This document shows, piece by piece, positions 39,234 through 51,887 of a stretch of DNA of 64,000 bases. Source of the stretch: Macrostomum hystrix (Eukaryota > Animalia > Platyhelminthes); NCBI GenBank assembly GCA_950097015.1, contig CATNEN010000025.1, positions 9,641,800 through 9,705,799 on the forward strand, written 5' to 3'. The notes under the pieces are model-generated. The model was given only the letters and a program-made list of their open reading frames with translations. It had not been told where the DNA came from and did no database searches. Positions within the stretch are counted from its first letter, which is position 1. Each line of letters opens with the position of its first letter. The translations under genes and the position numbers were made by a program.

Positions 39234-39506
39234 CAGTGGCAGATCCAGGAATTTTGTTTTGGGGCGGTCTGTCAGGGGAGCGCCATGAGAATCACAGAGG
39301 GGGTGCCAGCAGCCGAAAAAGGGCGCCAGGAGCCAAGAAAGGGCGCCAGCGGCTGAAAAACGGGAGCCAGCGGCTGAAAAAGGGGCGCCAGCGGCCGAAA
39401 AGGGGCGCCAGTGCTGCGACTGGCGCCCCTGGTGGGGGCATCTTATTCCCATGATTAAAATTTAGGGGGGCGACTGCCCCCCCGCCCCCCCCTAAATCTG
39501 CCTCTG
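39234..39506. mobile_element. hAT-type MITE (273 bp) with 8-bp TSD tatacagt
   Basis: TSD at 39226-39233 and 39507-39514; imperfect TIRs cagtggcagatcc / aaatctgcctctg; internal ggcgcc repeats. Confidence 0.88.
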
Positions 39507-39658
39507 TATACAGTATGCATGTACACGCGTATACATAAGGAAAATAGCCATGGCATAACAATAACAATGTCAAAGAAACAAAATTAAACTGTTTCAGAGT
39601 TCAGAGTTAGACAGGTCAAGGTCATTTCGTGACTACTTTTCTATTAATTGCTTGCGAG

Positions 39659-40708
39659 TCACCTCAAGGCCTGGGGATACACCACATTCATCGTTATTCC
39701 CCTTGGTGCGAAAATGAATAGGCCAGCTGGAGTTCCAACACGGCAGCAGGCGACATAAAGCTGCCCATGCGAGAAGCAAGGAGTCTCCAGGTTGATGCCA
39801 GCCACCTTCAGCGACTGTCCCTGAGCCTTGTTAATAGTCATCGCAAAGCACACTCTCACAGGGAACTGCAGTCGCTTGAACTGAAATGGCAGGTCCGTGG
39901 GGATAATTGGAATCCGGGGAACGAACACAGACTCTCCTCTGCCAGATCCAGTCATTATCGTGGCCTCAATCACGTGTGGGAAGAGCCGCCTGACTATCAG
40001 TCTGGTGCCGTTACACAGCCTTGGCGCATTCAGGTTGCGGAGGAGCATAATTGGTGCCCCAACTTTCAGCTGCAAGTTGTGCGATGGAGTTCCAGGAGGA
40101 TCTAGAGAGTTCAGAAACTCAACAGGATACTCCACAGCGGTGTCATCAGTCAACGTTGTATCAATTGACTTGTAGGTGAAAACTGCACCTGGCAACTCCT
40201 GAAGCAGTTGGTAGTTAATTTCGTTGGCGGCATCATTTCTAGGACACAGAATTGCCCTCTCTGACAGCCAGTCAACGTCAGCATATCGAACCATCAGGTT
40301 CGGGTAAACTTTTGCCTTGAGCTCCTGCACTGACTGCACAATGGTTCCGATTGTAGCGATCGATGACTGCCCATCCTCGGTGCTAATCTCCAGCAGACCA
40401 TTGCCGATTCGCAATAGATTGGCAGAGAACTCATGAGCTGTTTCGTCTCCTTGAATTGTAGCTCTCATGTTTGTTCGTAGGTGCAACTTCACAACCGATG
40501 GCCACAGGTGAGATGATTTTAGGCAAGCATTAATCTCATCAGCAGGAGTGCCACGCGGAATCACAGGCAGCGTCTGTCTAAAGTCTCCAGACAGCAGCAG
40601 AGTGACACCACCCATCAGTTGATCGCCAGCCTCTCTCTTTCTTCTATCCCAGGCTGGCTGGAGAGAAATATAGACCGGAGAGCCCTGCGCACTGGGACGC
40701 CACCGCAC
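39659..40708 (-). pseudogene. Helitron PIF1-like helicase, C-terminal part only
   Basis: GGVTLLLSGDFRQTLPV, LKVGAPIMLLRNL..LCNGTRL, RLQFPVRVCFAMTINKAQGQSL, FSHGQLYVA. The Rep domain and motif I are absent. Confidence 0.93.
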
Positions 40709-42758
40709 TCACCGCACTCAGTCTCAGTGCTGCTTGGGGGCCAGTAGACAGTCTAGGGGTTTGGGCTGTGTACATTCACGTCTTAAAATACAATGTACAG
40801 TCTGGGGCTTCGGCGCCCGGGGAAGGGAGGGGGTGGCTGTAATAAAATTTGGCCCGCAGAGTGGCGGAGGGGAGTTGGGGTGGCTGTCCTCGGAAAACAA
40901 AAAGTGACTCACTTTGAGATGATGCAGCTTTGTTCTGGATTGAGTAGAGATGTTCAAAATTGACAGCATTGTTGGAAAACATGTAAAGTGTAAGTGGATC
41001 AAATTTGGAGAAAATCTGACAAAGTGGGGCGACGATATGTCGAATTGAGTGATTTTTTGACGATTTTTGAGCAGTTTTTTGCACTTTTGAGCAGGAAGGA
41101 AATGATTTTTCGGGAATTTGAGTAGCCTATTGCACTCAGCGTAGGTGGTTTTAGGTATGTGCAAAGTTTGGTGCGATTTGGTTGAGCGGTTTCGGCGTCT
41201 ATAAAGACAAAAGGTTGCACACACACAGACAGACACACACACACACAGACAGAGTTTTCACTTTTATATATATAGATTTGTCTCTCCTCGCTGTAGACCC
41301 CCATCTGTCGCTTGTCCTTAAATTAAATCGGTCACGGAACTCAGATCCAAGATTTATTGTGGAAAAGTTAAACGTTCTTCACTGGAATTCTTCTTCAGGA
41401 ATTCTTCGCTGGAAGAGTCCGTGGTAGTTAAAAGCGGATTTTTTTTTCCTAATGTAGTGTCAGCCTGTTTGCCCTTCCATCTCCCCGTGTTATTATTATT
41501 CAGTACTTATTTTTAGACACGTGTTTTTTTGCTAAAAGTCACCCACGCCAAGCCGGGCCGGACCAGCCGGGGGAACGGACGCCCACCACCCCGCGAGCGC
41601 TACTCCTGGGCTACAGTCCCGGCCAATCAGCGAGCGACCCGGCCTCACTACCTGTCTACCCTCGGCAAGAAGCTACCCCGGGGCTCAGAACGGCGGTCGC
41701 AAGTCTACTGTGATTTGTCGCCTTGGCTCAAGCTACAGCCAGGCATCCACCTCGCCGATCGACCTAATTTGGGGTTAAAATGACTCTATAAAAGGAAGCG
41801 TGTCCCGCAATTCGCCTCACACTGTGAGAAGCACGTGCAAACCAGTCCACTTTGTTTTGTCCCTCCCCGCCCGACCACACTCCGCTTGTTCAGTTAGGTA
41901 GCTTTCGGCGCTACGCGTCTTGAGAGTGCGCCGCTGACAAGGGTGGTCTAGATAGGCGCTTGTTGTCGAAGTCAGTACGTGCTCTCTTCGGAGACTCCGC
42001 CGTCAGACAGAAGGAGTGCCAACCGATAGGATCTGTCGGGGCAGCGCTGAAAGCAGAGACAACCGGAGCCTCTCGGGAAGAGTAGGGCGCGGATTAGGCC
42101 AGTTTAAGTAAAATTGTTATATCCATATTGTTAGACCGAACTTGCTTTTCACTGTGAGCGCGCTATAATTTATTTCCGTGTGAACATCCTTATTCTGTCA
42201 ATGGAACTTTTAAATCAAGTAAACGAGATTTAAATCAATTCCTGCTCTTATCTGGAATCTTAGCGAGTCACAGCAGATTAAATCACTCACAATCAATTTA
42301 TTCGAGTCTTCGCGTTCATACTGTGTTATTCTTTTTCATTGGGAGTTCGCCGGGCCGGAGGAACACGCGGGTCTCATCGCTTATCTATTCCGCTTCGCTC
42401 GCTACCGCAGTCTCTAACGCTATTTAATTCCAGATTCCCTTATGACGAAGTTTCGGTCCCAATGTATAGGCGTAGCGGTTCGGTCTATTTGAATAGCAGT
42501 AAAGGTAAATTATTATTCGGCAGTAAATTGGGTCTTCAAATAACGAGATCGCTTAACGGTGAATGCTGGCTATATGACTTAGAGATATGTTAGATGAATC
42601 AAGATTCACTTGAAAGCAGTTACGGCTACAGTTGAAATTAGCCAGACTTAAATAATAGCCAGCACTCAGTCGTAGAACCAGAACCAGGCACGGGGAGAGA
42701 GAGAGTCTTCCTGGAAAGGCCTAATTAGAACATTTGAATACGACTATATAGTATGCTA

Positions 42759-44740
42759 AAACAAATTCATTATAAATATTAATTTAAAACCAAAGAAATA
42801 TCTCTAACAATTATATCTAACGAAAATAATGTACATAATTCTAACTAGCATATTAAAATTACATTAAATTAGAGAGACAACGTCACACTCGCCTCCCTCT
42901 CAGAAGATTAATGGCCTACTAACAGTAGTGGCTACGAACATCGAAATGGCTTGCGAAAAAAAAACGATTTGCGATTTCAAAATTGTTGCTACGTTATTAG
43001 AGTTATTAGAATAGCTGTCTAGAAATATTTTGAAAATAAGGTTAACAATGGCAGTTTCAAGTGACACAAAAACAGGCATTAAATTTCAAAGACGAACGGC
43101 AAAAACAGAATATCGAGTGGCAAAACTGAACGACGAATGGCAAAAATTCGAACAAAAACCAAAGGCAAAATTCAGCAAGATATTGGCAAATTGGACAACG
43201 TCATCAAACCATAGAGGAAATAAAAGGGATTGAAAATATTTTTGTTTTAGCAAATGCAATGTTTTTTTATTTTTAAACAAAACTGACAACTTGACAAACA
43301 CGAGAGTCGTCTAGGACTGGCGAAAATTTCGGCGAATCGGCGGCGGAGCGAAACCCTGGACGGCCTCGACTACAGCACCAGCGGCTGCAGCCAAGCTAAG
43401 CTCCTAACTACAGGCTACAAACAATGACTACGACAAAAGCCTACTCTATGGCCAAAACCTAATCCGAAGATTCAAGGCTCGACCGCAGAGATACTAAACT
43501 AATGACAAAATGAAGAGGTTGGCGAAAGCTATTAAAGAAAAGCTAACAGGCACACAGAACACAGGCAGCATACGACACGACTACACCTTAGCTCTCGCTA
43601 CCTCTCCTGAACATATTGACCAGCGTGGAAAGGAATCTGACCGGCGGCCTTACTTGCCGGCCGGACCTCGTAACAGTGCAAGCTGGTCTCTGTGCCTGGT
43701 CTGTCTGATCGTGTTCGTGTTCTATTTGTGGTTGTGGTTCTGGTGGCAGATTTGGTATTGCTGTTGCCTGAGGATCTGGATTTGGCTCTGCTGTGACTTC
43801 AACTACTTCAGCACCGATGTCTGGCACCTGTTCATTATTGGCAATGTTTACTGCTTGTGGTGCTTGTTCAGGTTGCACCTCGGGTAATGAATCTAGTTTA
43901 GTGACTGGTTGAGCATTTGGCTGTTCCACTGGCAGTGTTTTGATTGGCAGTTGAACTGGCTGTGTGATTGGCTGTTCGACTGGCTGTGTGATTGGCTGTT
44001 GAACTGGCTGTGTGATTGGCTGTTGAACTGGCTGTGTGATTGGCTGTTCGACTGGCTGTGTGATTGATGACGATTGGCTTCTCGGAAAAGAGCGGCTCTT
44101 CTGACCCGCAGGTGGGACAGTGACCAAGTCTGGTTCGGAAGTCCAGTCAGAACTAAAGCTCAGCTGTCTGGAGCTGGAATCCAGATCTCCTTGTCCTAGC
44201 TTAGATGAGCGTGGCATCCTTGCTAAAGTGTCTAATCTAAATCCATCAACCACATCCTGATAGTTTGGCTGGCGGATGCACCTCTTCATCCGGTCTACGT
44301 TATAGATGTTGTGACTAGGATTCGGGACTCTGAACGGATTCTCTCGCGAAAACTCTGGAATCAACCTATAGTTTCTCTCAGAGACCTTCTCAATAACCTT
44401 GTACGGACCAAACCAAACAGCTGGGTCGAGGCCTTGTGGTCGGGGTTTAGAACCCACACTAGCTCTCCAACCTCGTAGCTTGACTTATAAACCGATCTGT
44501 CATAGTAACGCTTCTGCCTAGCCTGTGCCTTCTTCCTAACAGCCCGTGCGGTGGCAGAGGTTTCGACAAGAGTTCGGTGGAGTCGGTGCGCGTAACTGTT
44601 CGGGACAATGAAACAAATTCATTATAAATATTAATTTAAAACCAAAGAAATATCTCTAACAATTATATCTAACGAAAATAATGTACATAATTCTAACTAG
44701 CATATTAAAATTACATTAAATTAGAGAGACAACGTCACAC
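42759..44740 (-). mobile_element. Internally deleted Gypsy element: 130-bp LTR start (44740-44611) fused to the integrase 3' end, then PPT and 3' LTR starting at 42887
   Basis: 130-bp direct repeat 42759-42888 / 44611-44740 reading TGTGAC.. on the minus strand; PPT gagagggaggcgag; AQARQKRYYDR, then WFGPYKVIEK..YRL..NVDRMK (GPY module). The 3' LTR may extend to ~42115 (..ATAACA). Confidence 0.75.
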
Positions 44741-46784
44741 CCTGCTGCTATTGAAACCATTGGTAGGACACCGACCCCGGTGAATAGTCGCTAGCTTTAA
44801 ATTCCTCACGCTCCAGCTAGGACATTCATTTTATTACACTAACGAATTTTAAATGAATAGAGATGATAAACTTAGGGATTTGACTAAATCAATGAAGTAT
44901 GTAACAAGAAGAAAACTCTAAAGCCTGCGGACAGGTCGCTGACTAGCTATTGCAATTTGTAACAGAGTATGATGAGCTGACATTAATAATTGTATTCAGA
45001 AATGGACTACAAGTCAAAAAACTAAAAAATACCCAGCGGGAAAGCCTACCTCGAATCTAGCTGAATGTAACTCTAGTTTTTAGGATAGGCTTGAATTTTC
45101 TTTTTAGTGCACCAAAGATGCTTTTTGCATCAAAATCATGCACCAAAAAAATCGTTCAGTTTCAGAAAAATCGGCCAAACAAAAGTTTATCTTAAAATAG
45201 CAAGAATAAGTCTAGTTATATTCTAGCTACATAGTGTCGTTTTTTCGAGAAAAATATTTTTGTTTTAAATTATTTTTATAGCACAGAATAACAAAACTTT
45301 ACAATAATATTTTTGTTCTTACGCGAAACAAAGTCTGGGTTGTAAAATAGCAATCTCTTAATTAAGTATGATAATTAAAAAGAAAAAAGTGAAACGTCTT
45401 ACCATTGGTACAGTCCATTTTTTAACTTTTCTTGTGTTCTCGCGCGCCGACTAACTAGCAAGCCTACATTTTATACTATAGATTTGACTGGTTCCTAAGT
45501 CTCGCTTTTTTAGTGGAAATTACCAAGGTACGGAAATGTTAAAACCTCTATCAGAACGTTTACAACTCTTATGTGTTTCTTTCTCATTTTGAACTTTTTA
45601 TTATTACTTATTTCGATACAGCAATTATGTACAATATAATGTTGTAGGTAATGCTATTGTAGCTATTTAGCTGGTCAATCAAAGCACTTTGCTGAGTTTT
45701 TTTAATCAGAATATACATTTCAACGAGCTAAGCTAATATACAAATAAACGAAAATATACAAATCAGTTACTTTTAAAGTATTTCGAGTTAGTGGCGTGAC
45801 ATTTTTTTAAAGAAATGTTTATTTAAATTGAAATTTTTTAAGAAAATAGATTATAAATTGTATTAGGAATTTAAGGGATTTAGTTTCATTAATTTTAACT
45901 CTTCAAAAAATACACAAAGTAGAAACTCAATTTATTTTATGCATTGATCCCAGGAAGGAAGTATTAGAGCAAACAAAAAGCTGTTGCTAATATAGCTATC
46001 CAACCCTTTTCCTGAATTCAAAAGGAAATCAATAAAAAATTTGAAATCTTTGAAAGTGAAGTATCCAAACTTCTTTTGTCAAAAGTGATGACCAGAAAAA
46101 CAATTCTCTTTTAGCTTAGCATCAATTTAATATAACTGATATATGTACACTATATACATTTTTTGATAAGGTAGACTTAAAATATTTGAAATATTAAGTT
46201 AATTGAGTTGCTTTCATTTATCCATTTCTACCATTATAACAGGCCTAGGATAATAAAAAATTAATTCTTTAATAACGCTTTTATATTCATTGACGCTGAC
46301 TCGCGCTGACTCACTTTTTTATGGAAATCAAATATAATTATTCATGTACAACTTAGTAGTCTAGCCTTTTCACTAGAATTCATGATGCAATAATTATTGG
46401 AATCGGCATTCAGCCAGCCAAGAATTTAACCTTATTTGGCCTCTCATTAATGCATTAGGCAAACTCGTTTTTCGAATATTTAATACCTTTAGAATAAAGG
46501 CACATTGTCAAGACAAGACAATGTCAAGGTGTCTTGCGAGTAACATTTGGACTGTTTAGAAAAAAACACGATCAATTTTGGTTGAGGCATGCAGCCTGTA
46601 GAGCGACGTTCGACAAACAGACAGACAGACTTTAGAGATTTAGTATAGGTGGATGGATGGACTAGCAATTTTAGCCACCTCTTTAGCGGAAACCGGATTT
46701 TTGGATCTATAAATTCCCTCCTTTTTCAAGGTAGGCCTAAAGTACGCTAATAAACACATCAAAATATTTTTATGGTTTCATTTA

Positions 46785-47261
46785 GTGACACTAGATCGCA
46801 GCCAGCGAACCCGCTCGGACTCCATCATTTTTAAGTTATTAGCAGACCCAACTCTTATCTCTTATTCTAATTTTAAGCAATATTATTCAGACGATAAATA
46901 TGTAAAAGAAATGTTACCCGGAGTTGAGACGACTCTATCCTCGTTTAGACTAGGAAACCATAAGCTAGCTTGAGAAACATTGCGAGCTGCCAGACAGAAA
47001 GTTCCCTATGAGAATAGATTATTTAGTAAGTGCAAAATTAAAGTGGAAAACGAGGTCCAGTTCTTATTCAAGTGCAGTTGGAATACTCGTAGTTATAGCT
47101 CATCACGTTCGAATTTCGATAAGAAAATTTCAGGGCGTGAAACTCCTAATTTCACGTCCCTAACAGCAGAAGAAAAATCTAACCACATATTGGCGGCACA
47201 AGACGACAGGGAAACCTCTGAAGCACTGGCAAACTACATCGTCAAGAAACATGAAAAATAA
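46785..47261 (+). mobile_element. LINE ORF2 3'-end relic
   Basis: LSSFRLGNHKL*..RQKVPYENRL..KC..VENEVQFLFKC matches the C-terminal FR..H.L..E.GR..R.C..C..EDE.HF..C module. Confidence 0.75.
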
Positions 47262-47680
47262 GATAACAGCTGCCCTGAAGCAGCTAACATTTAAATGGCA
47301 ATCAGGACGATTTATGAATAGTTCTTCTTGTTCTTCGCTGAAATGGGGGCGAACCTTGCTTAAGGGGGGCATTGGTTCTATTCTTAAGAGGGGCATTGTT
47401 GGTTCTCTGCAATTGGGGGCATTGGTTTTCTGCTAAAGATAAATTATTTCTTACTAGTATCACTTACATTTACTAATTAGAGATTTAGTAAAGGTGGGTG
47501 GATGGATGGATAGGTGGGTTTTTTATTACTATTACTACTACTGTTGCGTAGTAGTATCGAAGTAATATCGAAGTAGGCTTACTAGGAGCAATACAAGATG
47601 TACTTTATGAGGCACAAACTTTTGCATCCTAACATCATAAATCTAATTTTTGAATTCTGTTTCAGAACTGAAAGCTTAAC

Positions 47681-50600
47681 ATGACTACAAAGCTGAGCTC
47701 ATTACTCGTTATTTCTCTGCTGCTGATCGGTAAGTTAAGTGGCTTGTTCGTTTAGGTTACATAATGATATTGATTATTAATTATATTCGCTGATTACACT
47801 TGCCCGTTGGAGCTACATGTGCAACACAGCACAGCCGTAGCTATTGCGCGGCTCATCTGAAGGCAGCATGCAGCTGTTCAGTCCATGGACCGGGGGCCAC
47901 ACCTACCCTCAATTACCAGCTAGTACCCGTTTAACAGCTGGGTGAACTGAAGCAATGCTGAGTGAGTTGTCCTGCTAATGGACACGAATTGTTCCAGCGA
48001 AGGCGGAATCGAACCCCCGACCTTCAAGTCGATTAGTTTGAGAAAACCACTAGGCTACAAACCCTGATTTCATATAATTTTATTTAAAATCTGTACTATT
48101 TATTCTTTATTAATCATTGTCAGATACTGCCAGGTCTAGAGAATGGCACTGCCTAAACAACGCACGGCGCGAAGACCCCGTCGAAATTGGAGACATCAAC
48201 GCGATGATGGTGAGTAGTATGTTGCAAACGGCCTTTATCGACCAGAAGATAAGAAATCCTTAGATTAAAGGATACTTATGTACTGAGTACGTAAGCGATG
48301 CCTTAAGAATAGCCAAGTAGGCGAGTTTTATTAGCACCCAGTTGTGTCAGATTTGCAGCCAATGACAATAGACTGCGCTTTCAAAGGCTGTGTGCCTGTA
48401 CGTGGACTGAGGAGGCCGCGACTCCCCACAAAAGTTTTTATCCGAGCTAATGCTGGCACTAGTTATATAGATGGCTAAATATGAAGAAAATGCTATTTAA
48501 ACGACTTGCTCAACCTCCAAGACACATTTAGCTTCTATTCGTGCGGTTCTATCCAGTCAGCTGCAAGGAGCCAGGATAAAATAAAGCTGCGTCTGCTGTT
48601 TCAGGTGATGACGTATGTCCGAGGTGATCCGGGCTATAGGAAGAACCTGGAGTGCGGGTATCTTCTGAGCGTGATCAACTATGACCAGCCCAGACAGATG
48701 TACATTGACGTGCCCGTGGTGGACTTTGACAACAATACTGACCCGTTTTGCAACAAAACGGACGTGTTCAGCTTCTGGCATAAGTACAACGAGAGTGAGT
48801 GGCTTGGCTTAAGACAAAAGTTTCCTCTAAGTTTCCTCTCAACCCTCGACAATTCAACACTCCTATCAAGGAGAAATCATTTATAGTAATTCAACTAAAA
48901 CTCCGAGTCACAGAGTAATTTCGTCGGCTTTCGATGCAAATTAAAACTCTAACGTGGAAGTACAAGCAGGCAATGTGTGACTTTTTATTAAGGAAAATGT
49001 GGTGCTTTCGTTTTGGCTTTACGAGTGTAATTTTATTACTCTATAAATATTGCGAACATCTCTAATTTTTATTGAGAGATTAATTATTATTTACAACAGC
49101 TGCTATCAGCCGACTGCACACATTTCAGCTGCTTGGCGGCGGGAGTCCTGGTGCAGTGAATCGTCCGTGTCACGCAGTTTCCGATTCTTGCCGTTCAGGC
49201 AGCAAATAATCAACTTGTGGGACTCGTGAGTAGCACTGCAGCTTTTTACTGAGCTCTCATATCAGAATGCGAGTTGAGACCCTGCTGCCTCACTTACCAC
49301 TTCACTCTGCAGGTCGTACTACCTGACTGCGCAATTCCGGTCTGACAATGAGCAAGTCCGTTCCGATGCCAAGGGATTGCAGTTGGATGCGTGGGCGCTG
49401 GACCCAAAATTTTGCCACTTGAAAATGATGGATCTCGATAACTACTGCTACCTGGTCACTCCTGAGAATGTGTCGCTAGCTCAATCCAATCAGGTTGGAA
49501 AACTCTACCTCGGCAACATTTTCACTGTCCGAAACGCCTCTTCTGGCCGGGATATCTTAGACTTTCTGCGCAGATTCTCTGAGAGAAGTACGCATTTCTT
49601 TTTTGAATTTCTGATGAGGATATTTTTGCTCAATTGTGCTCAATCTTGTCACCTCTTTGCGCTTCCCTCAGACAAAGCCAGGAAAGACGAGTATCCATAC
49701 GAGTCGCCACTGGCCCTGACTAATCTCAGAGTGTGGACCGGCTACTTTGTGAACGAATCCTCCTTCAGCGAGGAGGACCCGGTCATGTTTTACTCAGATC
49801 CGATAGACGACTGCATTGTCAAGCAAGTGAAAGTGTGAGTGCTGCTTCTCTATCCCGAGTCTAGTCTAAAGGATATTGTAAATATCAATGGTTTAGAATG
49901 TCAATTATTCGATTTCAGGACTCGTGAGATTTTGACCGGCTGTAATAAAAACCCAGCGCCTGTAGCCCTTAATTGGCTTAGCAACGGCAGCGTGCATTTT
50001 TGCTGTGTGCCAGGCAACGATTCGATGCCAGCTCTGATCCAGTTCAGCCAGATTCCTAAAACCAAGGGCGACCTGCACCCGCAGCTGTTCCGCACCTGCG
50101 ACATCGCGCCGCCAACAACGACAACTACAGCGCCGCCAACAACGACTACGACTCCGGAACCAACGACAACTACAGCGCCGCCAACAACGACTACGACTCC
50201 GGAACCAACGACAACTACAGCGCCGCCAACAACGACTACGACTCCGGAACCAACGACAACTACAGCGCCGCCAACAGCGACCACGACTCCGGAACCAACG
50301 ACAACTACAGCGCCGCCAACAACGACTACGACTCCGGAACCAACGAAAACTACAGCGCCGCAAACAACGACTACGACTCCGGAACCAACGAAAACTACAG
50401 CGCCGCCAACAACGACTACGACTCCGGAACCAACGACAACTACAGCGCCGCCAACAGCGACCACGACTCCGGAACCAACGACAACTACAGCGCCGCCAAC
50501 AACGACTACGACTCCGGAACCAACGACAACTACAGCGCCGCCAACAACGACTACGACTCCGGAACCAACGACAACTACAGCGCCGCCAACAACGACTACG

Positions 50601-51887
50601 ACTCCGGAACCAACGACAACTACAGCGCCGCCAACAACGACTACGACTCCGGAACCAACGACAACTACAGCGCCGCCAACAGCGACCACGACTCCGGAAC
50701 CAACGAAAACTACAGCGCCGCAAACAACGACTACGACTCCGGAACCAACGACAACTACAGCGCCGCAAACAACGACTACGACTCCGGAACCAACGACAAC
50801 TACAGCGCCGCCAACAACGACTACGACTCCGGAACCAACGACAACTACAGCGCCGCCAACAACGACTACGACTCCGGAACCAACGACAACTACAGCGCCG
50901 CCAACAGCGACCACGACTCCGGAACCAACGACAACTACAGCGCCGCCAACAACGACTACGACTCCGGAACCAACGACAACTACAGCGCCGCCAACAACGA
51001 CTACGACTCCGGAACCAACGACAACTACAGCGCCGCCAACAACGACTACGACTCCGGAACCAACGACAACTACAGCGCCGCCAACAACGACTACGACTCC
51101 GGAACCAACGAAAACTACAGCGCCGCCAACAACGACTACGACTCCGGAACCAACGACAACTACAGCGCCGCCAACAACGACTACGACTCCGGAACCAACG
51201 ACAACTACAGCGCCGCCAACAACGACTACGACTCCGGAACCAACGACAACTACAGCGCCGCCAACAACGACTATGACTCCGGAACCAACGACAACTACAG
51301 CGCCGCCAACAACGACTACGACTCCGGAACCAACGACAACTACAGCGCCGCCAACAACGACTACGACTCCGGAACCAACGACAACTACAGCGCCGCCAAC
51401 AACGACTACGACTCCGGAACCAACGACAACTACAGCGCCGCCAACAACGACTACGACTCCGGAACCAACGACAACTACAGCGCCGCCAACAACGACTACG
51501 ACTCCGGAACCAACGACAACTACAGCGCCGCCAACAACGACTACGACTCCGGAACCAACGACAACTACAGCGCCGCCAACAACGACTACGACTCCGGAAC
51601 CAACGAAAACTACAGCGCCGCAAACAACGACTACGACTCCGGAACCAACGACAACTACAGCGCCGCCAACAACGACTACGACTCCGGAACCAACGACAAC
51701 TACAGCGCCGCCAACAACGACTACGACTCCGGAACCAACGACAACTACAGCGCCGCCAACAACGACTACGACTCCGGAACCAACGACAACTACAGCGCCG
51801 CCACCAATCAGAGCAGTGCCGTCAGCGGCAATACTATCATTATTATTGATTTTGTTGTTGCCCTTGTTATCATCGTGGCTATTGTGA
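47681..51887 (+). CDS. Mucin-like cell-surface protein; exons 47681-47729, 48124-48209, 48605-48794, 49129-49225, 49313-49587, 49672-49834, 49919-51887; 942 aa as written
   Basis: All six introns are GT-AG with consistent phases (1,0,1,2,1,2); total 2829 nt. Signal peptide MTTKLSSLLVISLLLI, Cys-containing ectodomain, ~38 x 15-aa TTTTTPEPTTTTAPP repeats, hydrophobic C-terminus. Confidence 0.8.
47780..48066 (-). mobile_element. tRNA-derived SINE in intron 1 of the mucin-like gene
   Basis: Minus-strand A box tagcctagtgg and B box ggttcgattcc, followed by a non-tRNA body and an AT-rich tail. Confidence 0.7.
50104..51803 (+). repeat. Coding tandem repeat, 45-bp unit
   Basis: ccaacaacgactacgactccggaaccaacgacaactacagcgccg units with few variants. 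Confidence 0.98.

Larger units (their letters stand above)
38997..41276 (-). mobile_element. Internally deleted Helitron retaining the helicase 3' end
   Basis: 5' end A|TCTATATATATAAAAG..(GT)n..gaaaccgctcaaccaaatcgcaccaaacttt at 41276; PIF1-like helicase 39659-40708; candidate 3' end caacgggcaaaaaaagCTAG|T at 38997. Only one arm of the usual terminal hairpin is visible. Confidence 0.7.

Noticed and set aside
47990-48066. tRNA gene
   Set aside because: A and B boxes are present but no convincing cloverleaf; it continues into a SINE body.
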